Origin: Lama guanicoe
Lineage: Eukaryota
DNA: 64,000 bases
Direction of reading: 5' to 3'
Assembly: GCA_013239625.1 (NCBI GenBank)
Contig: MU054001.1
Coordinates: forward strand, 558,001-622,000
A program made the position numbers and the translations under genes. Every line of letters starts with the position of its first letter. The stretch's first letter is position 1. Below the pieces are notes generated by a model that saw only the letters and a program-made list of their open reading frames with translations, made no database searches and had not been told where the DNA came from. This document shows positions 1 to 10,199 of the stretch, piece by piece.

Positions 1-764
1 ATGGAATTATTACAACTAGCCTACATATAAATGGTTCATTCCCTAGGGCTGGGCACCTTGCCACCCCACACAAAGGTGGGGTTCCTATAGGAAAAAAAGA
101 AAGAAGGAAATGGCTCTCAAGGAGCTGTCAACCATGGTGGTATGAGTCTGAAGTCACTGAAGATTCCTCAAGGCTAGGACTGGGCCTTCTGCCAATGTTT
201 ATCCCTCCACTTGCCTATGAAATTTGCCTGCAGTGATCTCCTTTCATCCACACAACAATCTTACGAGGCAGTGAATCACACACTAACTATTAAACTGACT
301 GTTAAACTAGAATGGATTCTTATTACCTATGATTGTGTCCCATTTTACAGAAGGAGAAGCCAAACTTCAGAGGTGAATTAAGTACCCAGGATCACACAAC
401 TAGTAAATTTTGCTTATCCTTTACTTTATATCTTTAGCACAGAGAGGGTCAGAGCACTGAGGGAAAAGGGAACTTTAAGCACAGATCTCTCACCACATAG
501 GGGTTGACTAGAGAAAGGTGGGGGGCAGACAGTGAGAACTGGGGTATGCCAGGCAGAGAGAATAGCATGTGCAAAGGCCCAGAGGACAAATAGTGCATAG
601 AAATGGCAAACAGATTTAGAACCTAAAGTGTAAAGGAATATCATACTTAGGAGTTTAAGCCTTGTATGAGGGCAATAGAGAGCCATTAGATATTTTAGCC
701 AGGGGGATTATATCATCCCATATGCAGTCTACAACTACAAGAATGATGGGGAAAATCAGCTACA

Positions 765-1085
765 GGAATGATAATCTCCAGGCCCATCCATGTTGCTGCA
801 AATGGCATTACTTTATTATTTTTTATGGCTAAGTAGTATTCTATTGCATATATACCACAACTTCTTTATCCAGTCATCTGTCAGTGGGCATTTAGGTTGC
901 TTCCATGTCTTGGCTATTGTAATAAGTGCCCCTATGAACATCATCATGCATGTGTCTTTTTGACCTGGAGCTTTCTCTGGATATATGCCCAGGAGAGGGA
1001 TTGCTGGATCATATAGTAAGTCTAATTTTAGTTTTTTTTAAGGAATCTGTACCGTTTTCCATAGTGGATGCATCAAACTACATGA
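765..1085 (-). mobile_element. LINE-1 fragment (3' end of ORF2 region)
   Basis: CCATCCATGTTGCTGCAAATGGCA...GGTTGCTTCCATGTCTTGGCTATTGTAA...GGATTGCTGGATCATAT, typical antisense L1. Confidence 0.85.
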
Positions 1086-2454
1086 AATAAATGACTTCTA
1101 AAGCACTCCACAGACAGGCTCACATTTATTCTAACCAAACCCCAGGACACAGATGTCACCAGCATTACTTCACTGTAGTGGAACTGAAGCGCCAAGAGGT
1201 TAAAGGCACCTGCCCAAGGTCACCAGCTGGCACGGGGCAGAGATGAGATGCAAGCCCAGCTTTCCCTGACCCCAGAACCCGTGTGTTCTGCCACCTCTTC
1301 ATCAGCAGTAGCCTTGCGTAGAGAGAAAGGAGCCACTGAGAAATCCTCTAGATGCACTTGAACTCAATCTCTGAAGGGCGAGTGGATTTAGACAGGTGAC
1401 AGGGTTGGGTTGCTCTGAGGCAGAGGAAGCAGCCTGGGAAAAGGGCTGGGAAAGTGACCATTTAGCTAGAGTGAGCAGAGCACAAGATTCCCATAAAGTG
1501 TCTTGGGAGACGGGGTCACATGGGAGAGTGGGGTCAGAACGATGAAGAGTTTCAAATGACAGAGAGAAGAACCAGGACTTTCCTCTGTTGGAAGTGCCAC
1601 TTTGATTTTGTTGCTCTCCCGCTCTACAACCTTCTGTAGCTCCCCTGGCTACTGTCTCCTGACTAATAAGGTAAGAGTATGTAGATGGAAAGATGGGGGA
1701 GTACCTGGAGACAGGGAGACCTATTGGGAGGCTGATGTCACAGTCCAAGAGGGAAAGGACAAGGGCCTGGAGGGGATGGGAGGAAGGAAGAGCATGGCCT
1801 TCGGGGCAGGGATTTGTGAGATGTGTGCCAACTCCCACCATCACCACCCCCAGCCCATGCCCTACTCCCCTCCCCAAATTGAGGATCACTGCTTCTCTGC
1901 AGCAACAGATAACATTTCAAGCTCAGCGAATAGCAGGCGACTTATTCTTCTCACAGTGGAATTGAGACACGAATAGCCAGAAAAATAACTGTCAGAAGAT
2001 GAAACAAATTCCATTCGATTCAATTCAAGAAGTTATGACTTGTCATTCCTCCTGTTATGAAGATGGCTAATTATAAATTGATAGAGATGTGTAGATAGTA
2101 AATCACGATTGCTAAATGAAGTGCCCTATTTGAAGTACTGATCCCTACTTTAAAAAAAAGAAAGAAAGAAAAGGAAAGAAAAACTTATTCTCTCTCCAAA
2201 AGCTCCTGCTTGTGTGACAGAAGTCCATGGTGTCACCTCTAGGAGTTTTCATGATTCAGCACTTTTTGGAATGAGTGATTGATGTAATTAAAGTTATTGG
2301 TAAAGAAAGACTCAGTTACCAAGGAACAGATGAGTCAGCAGAAAGTTCAAGTAATGAAATAATGTTCCAAGTAGTGATTCTTAAAATAAGCTTTTTTTTC
2401 CCACTCTAGACATCTTAACCATTGCTGGTCAGCAAAAAGACATCAAGTAGTTAA

Positions 2455-2685
2455 GATTTATAAAATAGATAAACGAGTTCATACTGTATAGCACCGGGAA
2501 CTATATTCAATGTCTTGTAGTAACTTACAGTGAAAAAGAATATGAAAATGAGTATATGTGTGTTCATGGATGACTGAAGCATTGTGCTGTATGCCAGAAG
2601 TTGACACATTGTAAACTGACTATACTTGAATAAAATAAATATATATATATATATATATATACAAAAAAGAGAAATAAAGAAAACA
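2455..2685 (+). mobile_element. LINE-1 3' terminal fragment with (AT)n and A-rich tail
   Basis: ATAGATAAAC...ACTGTATAGCACCGGGAACTATATTCAA...CATTGTAAACTGACTATACTT...AATAAAA, an artiodactyl-type L1 3' UTR. Confidence 0.8.
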
Positions 2686-2759
2686 TACTACACAATTTTA
2701 TAAATTCTCAGATGAAGTCATTGTCAATAATATGAAACCATGTTTACTGGGTAACAATG

Positions 2760-2990
2760 GTGAGCACTCACATTTATTGAGGGTCAACCATGTGCACTGG
2801 TGGGCTTTGCATCCATTATCTCATTTAATCCTCACCCTCTGAAGTAGGTACAGTTATTAGTTATAGAGGAGGACACAGAATTTCAGAGAGGTTAAGGAAC
2901 TTTCCCAGGGTTGCACAGCTGGCAAATGGCCCATGGGGATGGAATCCAAGAAGTCTGACACCCAACAGAGTCCACCTTCTCAATCACCAC
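2760..2990 (-). mobile_element. MIR SINE
   Basis: ATTATCTCATTTAATCCTCAC...GAGAGGTTAAGGAACTTTCCCAGGGTTGCACAGCTGGCAAATGG core. Confidence 0.8.
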
Positions 2991-3519
2991 AGGCTCTGGG
3001 CCTCTCTGTTGAGATTTCTCGGTCATCCAATCTGGCTCACTAATACACCCAAGACAACAGAGGGCAGTCAGGATTTAACTCACATCTGTCTGACCCCAGA
3101 GCCATTTCAAAAGTCGTATTTCTATGGGAAAATCCAAGTACACTGGCTTGGGATCCACTTCTTGGTTTTCATTTCCATCAACATGTATTGAATACCCAGG
3201 ATGCTCCAGGCCTTGGACTCTATGTTGATGCTTCAAAGATGACTGGGGGTGGGGGAACTTCAGGAGGGTATGCATGGCCCATGGGACAGATGACAAGGCT
3301 CAGTCTAGTGCAGTGGCTGGGAAGTGGTTGAACATGACCCCTCAGAAGGATCTATGGGACTTGGGGAGTCGATGCATGTGAGGCATGGGGGAGAGAGAAG
3401 TGTTGGCATGTCTCTAAAGTCCTCCCACTGAGTCACTGGATGAAGGAAGCCAAGAGAAGCCAATCTGGGGTTGGGGTAAGGCTAGGACTGGGGGAGAGGT
3501 GACTTTAGTTTGAGGCATT

Positions 3520-4016
3520 TTTTTTCATCTGTCATTTTATCTGGTTTTATTCTTTTTTATATTTCTTTTTTAATTACTATTTTTAAATTGAAGTATAGTT
3601 GATGTACAATATATACATCACAGGTGTACAATATAGTGATTCACAATTTGTAAAGGTTATACTCCATTTATAGTTATAATAAAATAGTGGTTAAATTCCC
3701 ACTGTTTGTAAAATACATCCTTGGAGCTTATTTCATACATAATAGTTTGTATTTCTTACTCCCCTACCCCTATCTTGCCCCTCACCTCTTCCTTCTCCCC
3801 ACTGGTAACCACCAGTTTGTTCTCTATATTTGTGAGTCTGTTTCTTTTTTGTTATATTCACTAGTTTGTTGTATTTTTCAGGTTCTACATATAAGTGATA
3901 AAATATAGTATTTTTCTTTCTCTGTCTGACTTATTTCACTTAGCATAATACCTGCCATGTCCATCCATGTTGTTGCAAATGGCAAAATTTCCATTCCTTT
4001 TCATGGCTGAGTAGTA

Positions 4017-4066
<50 letters not shown>

Positions 4067-4168
4067 ATATCTGTATACATATAGATATATACACCACATA
4101 GAATTTAAGGAAATAATCCCCTTTACCATTGCATCGATGAGAATAAAAGACCTAGGAATAAACCTAGA
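3520..4168 (-). mobile_element. LINE-1 3' end (minus) joined to a short inverted ORF2 piece (about 4101-4168, plus)
   Basis: T-rich tail at left; TTGAAGTATAGTTGATGTACAAT...GACTTATTTCACTTAGCATAAT; then sense L1 ORF2-like AATCCCCTTTACCATTGCATC...AATAAAAGACCTAGGAATAAACCTA. Confidence 0.8.
4021..4064 (+). repeat. (GT)22 microsatellite
   Basis: Perfect dinucleotide run inside the L1. Confidence 0.97.
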
Positions 4169-4914
4169 TTTGGGACATTGTGAATTTGAGTGACTTGTGG
4201 TCCTTCTGGAGATGCACTTCAGGTAGTGAGAAGGGTGGCCTAGAGCAGAGGAGAGAGTAGGTGCTGGATGCTACGCCGGGTTGGGAGGGCCTACTTGATC
4301 AGCAAGCTATGCTAAAGGTCCCCACCCAGAGAGAAAAGAAAAGAGAGGGGAGAGGGGCAAAGTGTATGCGTGCAGGGTGGTGGGGGTTAACTATGAGTGA
4401 TATTCCAGCTGGGAACCCAACAGTTCCCTACTTCTTAGCACTAAACAAAGTTACCATGTGTCTCTGTGGCCAGCTTCAGGAAGGAGGGGAGTGTGATGGA
4501 AACCTCCTGCTTATTACATCTGGAAAAAGAGGACATGAGGCACTGATGGGGCAGGAACCTCTCAAAGAGAGATGGTATCTACATCTTCAAGCCAACTTTT
4601 GCTCAGAGCTGGAGGCTCCAACCCTCTCTTCTTCCCTGGCAGAAGGAAGGCCAGAGTCCTTTGTGGCATCAAAGAGAATAGGTTGTAGGTCTTAGCCTCT
4701 TATCCCCAAAGAGTGACCTCCAGGTAGGAAAAAGAGACTCAGGCCTGGCAGAACCAGTGGGATGGAAGGAGCAAAAGCTTAGCAGGTTTGTAAGGATCCT
4801 CCCATCCTGGTCCTGCCTCCCCAGATGTGCACCCTGAGATGAGGATTCGAATGTAAGGGATTAATTAAGAAAGGAGTGTAGGGGGAAGCAGGGTGGGGAC
4901 AGGGAAGCACCCAT

Positions 4915-5070
4915 CCCTGGCTGCTGTGTCACCATCTAGCTGTGTGATCTTGAGCAAGTTACTTGATGTCTCAGGGCCTCAGTTTCCACATCTGTAAAAT
5001 GAGCACTTACTATTTTTCAGAGTTTGGTAAGCACATCTCTGGGGGAAATGAGATGACTTCAGGTGAAGGG
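4915..5070 (+). mobile_element. MIR SINE
   Basis: CTAGCTGTGTGATCTTGAGCAAGTTACTT...GCCTCAGTTTCCACATCTGTAAAATG core. Confidence 0.8.
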
Positions 5071-5303
5071 GAAAAGATGCTCAGGTGACCCATATAATCA
5101 AAACAGAAATAATGAGGTTGGTGAAATCTCTAGAACAACCAGAGACCCTGAGAGATGCCAGTTGCCTTCAAAGCCCAGGCAGCCCAGAATTTCATTTAAT
5201 TAATTGTTTTTTTTTAAATAACTATCTTCTGTTCATGGCAAGCAATACTAATTTTCCAGTGACTGTGGTGGTATAAACATTCCTTTCAATATAAATTAAT
5301 GGT

Positions 5304-5453
5304 AGGGAGAGGGTATAGCTCAGTGGTAGAGTGCGTGCTTAGCATGCATCGAGGTCCTGGGCTCAATTCCCATTACCTCCATTAAAAATAAATAAACCTA
5401 ATTATTTCCCCCCCCAATTTAAAAAAACATAAAAAACAAAACCAAAAAAATAC
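5304..5453 (+). mobile_element. tRNA-derived SINE, camelid Vic-1-like, with target-site duplication
   Basis: tRNA-Ala-like head GGGAGAGGGTATAGCTCAGTGGTAGAGTGCGTGCTTAGCATGCA...GAGGTCCTGGGCTCAATTCCC, A-rich tail, TSD ATAAATTAATGGT (5291-5303) / ATAAGTTAATGGT (5454-5466). Confidence 0.88.
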
Positions 5454-7229
5454 ATAAGTTAATGGTGACAGAATTCAAAGGAGATTGTTCTATAAATGGC
5501 TGTTTCAATAGTCAGAGGCTGTGACAAGGGTCTGGAGGGTGGGGCTGAAATGAGTAAGTTTCGAGGAACACTGAGGAAGGTAAGGGCTCTTTGCCTGCAA
5601 TTTTGAGTCCTCTGGAGCCTTCTCAGACATTCCTCAGACATTTTCTAGGACCTGTCAGGCATTTACCAGATTAAAAGAGAACATTAAAAAGAAAAAAAGA
5701 AAGTAAGAAAGGAAAAAAAAATCTGGAGAGATAGGAAAAATAAAAAACCTCCACCAACCAAAATAAACCAGGTCAACAGTTTTTCTACCACATTCTTCAT
5801 GAGAGCAAAGACATGGTATTTATTCCAAATGAACCCTTTTCTCCAAGGTGCCACTCATCCTCTTTTTTGTGTGATCCAGGAAAATCAGCTACCAATGAAC
5901 ATCTTTGCACGTACGAGTATTTGGGAAAAAAGCCACCTGTTACCACAGGGTTTGGATTTAGATGCTGGATACAAACAGAAGGCAAACAAAACTAACCAAC
6001 CAACCAACAACAACAACAAAAAAAGCTTTGTGGTCTGGATCTAAAAAAAAAAGTCTCAGAGATGACAACTGTGTGGGAAGTCTGATGTCAAACTGTGTTA
6101 GCTGGTAAGGTGTCTGGGATATTCTGAAACTGTGAGGATATTCGGAATCTAGCACTAACATGTCTCGCACTGCTTGAAAGATGTTGAGATGCTGTTCCTT
6201 AGGGCCTGCAGGTTCCCTTGGGGACAAAGCCACTGATAGTTTTACAGAAAATATCCCCAAGCTGACGGCCATGTATACAACACTAGGAGTCAAGAAAAAG
6301 ATTGAGAGGAAACAAACAAACAGCCAAGCTGAGGCATTAAAAAAAAAAAAAGAAGAAGAAATTCAAAATAAGTGTATGATAGACCCATGATTCGAGGCCT
6401 TGTCCCCAGCTCAAATCTGCTTGATCTGAGTTGCTTTGTAAAATGGTGGGCAAAGGAACGTTCATTTCGGCTTGCCTTATGTGAGATGATTGTGGGCGAG
6501 CAGTCACTTTCAGCGGGAGAAATGAGCAAATCTTTTCAGATGGCCATGATTTAGGGAAGTAAACAGGCCTTGTCAGGGACGGCAGACCCGGCACATCCTT
6601 GCTGTCGACTGTTGGGGAGAGATGACATAGTCCTCGCTTTTCCCTCATCTGTACTTCACACACGGAGGCCTGAGGAGGCAGCCAGTCCTCCAGCAGCGTT
6701 GGAGGAGAGCTGAGATGTTTCCCGGCCCAGCCTGAAAATATCTCCCTTGACAGCCTGTCACAGTGTCTGAGATTCCACCATTATAAATTCATTCCTCTCC
6801 GTTAAGGCATTTTGTTTCCAAGAGCTCTCAGTTAAAATACAGATATCCTAGAGATCTTAGCTTGGCTCAGACAGACGGAGAACACAGCTAAGGAGTTTGG
6901 AGACCTGGGTTTCCCATTTGGTTCTGCCTAGAAACTCACTGTGTGAGTTTGGGCAAGTCATTTTCACTTCCTGAACCTCAGTTTCTCCACTGATAAAAAA
7001 GAAAAGGAAAAAGGAAAAAAAAAAGATAGAAATCATAAGAGAGATGGGGTTAGAGCTCTGGTCTCAGGAAGGGGGATCTGTTCACTTCAGGGTTTGGCCT
7101 GAACACTGTACTTTGCCATGAGATGCCCAGCGTGGCCAGAAGAGCAACTCCTTTAGGTCAAAGGGCTTGGGGATCAGGGCAACCAGTATCTTATCCCCTC
7201 CTTGTCTGAAAAAAATCCCTGCTCTTCCC

Positions 7230-8085
7230 TTTACTGTGTGACATCTCAGCAAATGGCCATCTCATGCCTCTAGGTTCTCAGGCCCAAATTCTTGGAGGCA
7301 TCAGAATTTGATTTCTCATATGTCCAACATTCAGTCAATCAGCAAATTTCATTGACCTGGCCTTCAAAATATAGCCCAGACTCAAATTGCTTCTCCCCAC
7401 CTCTGTGGCTATTCTGCTGGTCCAAGGCAGCATTACCTCCCCCTATAATCTCCATCAGCCTCCTAACTGGTCCCTACCTCTACACTTGCCCTCTCAGGGT
7501 CTCAGCTCCTCACGCTTGGGGATGCCTTTAAAACATAAATCAGATCCCATCTCTCCCCTCAAAATCCTCCTTTTCTTCCTCCCTCTCTCACTCAGCATTA
7601 AACCCAGAGATCTCACCAGGACATCCAAGGCCCCATGTACCCTGAATCTGGTTTCGTCTTTCCCTCATCCCCTCCCACAAAGGTCTACTTGCTGCTGCTC
7701 CAACCTGCTCCCACATCAGGACCTTTGCACGTGCTATTCCTTCTGCCCAGAACTCTTCCTCTACCCTCCCCCCCCATATCTGCATGTCCTATCCCCTGAC
7801 TTCTCTCAGGTGTCTGCTCAGATGTCACCCAGACTGCTTCCCAGACTGCTCTCCCTCAAAAAGCACACTCCCTTCCATATCCTTACCCTACTTAATTTTT
7901 TTTCCCTAATGCTCATCACCTGGAGATTGTGATAAGCCATTACCACACTCATTTGTTTACTCTCTGTCTCATCCTCTAACAGGTAAGCTCCAGGAGGGCA
8001 GGGATTTTATTCATCACTGCATCCTCAGTACCCAGACCAGTGCATCTGGCATATCACAGATGCTCAACTGATGTACGTTGGAAGA
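7230..8085 (+). mobile_element. LINE-2 3' fragment
   Basis: AGCCTCCTAACTGGTC...AAAACATAAATCAGATC...GTAAGCTCCAGGAGGGCAGGGA...GCATCTGGCATATCACAGATGCTCAA, typical L2 3' motifs. Confidence 0.8.
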
Positions 8086-10199
8086 GGGAAGGGCATAGTC
8101 TAAATGTAACTGCACTAACATGGAGGCCCGCTCAAGCCTTCTCCTGGATGGATCGATGCCAAGGGCTTATCCTGAGCTCTGTTCCAGCAGGGCAGGATGT
8201 CCCGGGGAGGGAAAGGTAGAGCCAATTGTTGGGAGATCTGGGCAGGGCAGTGTGGGGGATGCAAGGGAGGCGGGGAAGGTAAAGGGTCCAGGCTGAGTTT
8301 TTAAGTTTACGAGCTGCAGATTCTTGACTGAGACCAAGGGAAGTGGCTAAAAGGCCCTTGGGGACACATTCCAAAGGACAGAAGCCTGCAGGAAAAGGCT
8401 GGGTTATTTATGAGTGACAGAAGCTCTAAACTATCTTGTGGACTAACCTGAAGTTCAATTCTGCCCATGGGATCCCCCAGGCAGGTCCGGTCAGCTCCCC
8501 AAAGCTGGGGTCTGACCGGACCTGCCTTCCCAAGCTCTCCAGTATTTCCCCCAATCAAGCCCCAGAGAGTGACATATAGTCAGAGGAGGTGCGGAGGGCG
8601 TAAGTGCTAAAGAACATCAACCATTCTGTCAGGATTCTCCCCAAGTCAGAACCTGAAGCCCCAGTCTCCCCCGCCACCCCTGGCCTTGGCTAGCATCTCC
8701 AATGAAGTGAAGACTTAAGAGAACATGACCCTAATAACTATATTGAAGGATGGCTATGTGCCATTCACTAGAATCCTCACAATACAGAGGTGGTACAGGC
8801 CCACTGTACATATGAGGCCACTGAGACTCAGAGAGGTTATTTGATCTGCCCAAAGACATAGGGCTTAGTAAGTTGCTGAGGTAGGACTGAGTCACCTAGG
8901 CCCAATGTCCCAACCAGTAAGCTATGTCTCTGGACGACAGCCTACATCTCCATCTCCACTCTGCCGGGGGTGCCCTGGTCACACTCAAGTCCTGGCTTCT
9001 AGGACACTGGAGAGGTGCTGCCTCACCTCTGGGCCTGCAGCCACAGGAGTATTGCCTCCCCTCAGGCCTGAGAAGCCCGCCTGCAGGGGGCGACGGTGGC
9101 ATTGCTGGAGCCTGTGCCCCAGTCCGAGGCTGGTGAGCAGAAAGCTGCTAAAGGCAAGGAAAGCGCCCAGAGCCAGGGCTGGGTACAAGGGGAAAAACCC
9201 TTGCAGGCGCTGGACCCACGGAGTCCCAACCCTAGCTGTGTTGAGCGCCGCCGCCAGGCCGCCGGCTCAGACCGGAGCTCTCCAGCCCTTGTTTGATGAG
9301 CAGCGGCCAATAAATTCATTAATCATCATTTTATGCCTCATCAAACCCCCTCCAAGCCCCTCCATGGGAGTTACACAAATTAGCCCCTGAAAAGACAGTA
9401 ATTTCAGTTTAGCGAGGTAAGTGCTTTCTGATGGGCTCCGCGCACAGAGCTCTCCTGACACGCTAATCCATCAGCGCGTTGGGGATGCGGAGCTTCCGCC
9501 GCCCTGCCCAGCCCTGCCCAGCCTAGCCTCCGGGGGCTACCTGGAGAGGGTCTCTGCCTAGGGCGCCCCCTTTCCTCGACTCCTTGGCACCCATTCGCAT
9601 CTGTCTCATCCAACCTCTTGCCATCACCCACTCCAACCTTCTCCCCGACCCTTGTAAACAGAAGAGAAACTTTGCGGGGAAAACCCAAGGCCCCAAATTG
9701 GGGAACGAATTTGTCCAGGGTGGCGGAGATAGATGCCCTGGAGCTGAAGTTCAGAACTCCAGCCCAGGGGAGGAGAGAGCCAGGCAGCCCTTTCTCCTCC
9801 AAAAGTCTAGGATGTTGGGGTTCTGTCACCCCCGAAATTGTTGAAGGGTTGTGTGTATTGCGTACATACATTATTGGGGGGGGATTATCTATGGCTTCTT
9901 TCCATTCCTGAAAGAAATCCCAGGATCCAAGAGAGGGCCGTCTGGGAACAGAGAAGGGGGTCCTTCCCTCTAAAGGGCGGCTCCACGGGACTCCGGCTGC
10001 TGGGGGGTCAGGGTTGGGGGAACGCTCCTGGTCTTTTTCGTGGCCCTCGTGTCTTTTTGAAATCCCCACCTAGGGTGAAAGGCAACGCCTGAGAGGGGAG
10101 TAAGAAAGGATTTTCTATAGAATGGGCCCAGACAGTATGAGTTCAGTATGGTGAGTTGGGTAAGTAAAGAGAGGGTAACAAACCGCAGAACATTGTGGC

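Noticed and set aside
1302..1976. Cluster of overlapping ORFs of 60-195 aa
   Set aside because: No recognisable protein features; purine-rich intergenic sequence among repeat relics.
5304..5380. Possible tRNA-Ala gene
   Set aside because: Degenerate acceptor stem and B box, SINE body, A tail and TSD, plus a second copy at 32.5 kb, show it is a SINE.
7387..7932. 181-aa ORF
   Set aside because: Lies within a decayed LINE-2.
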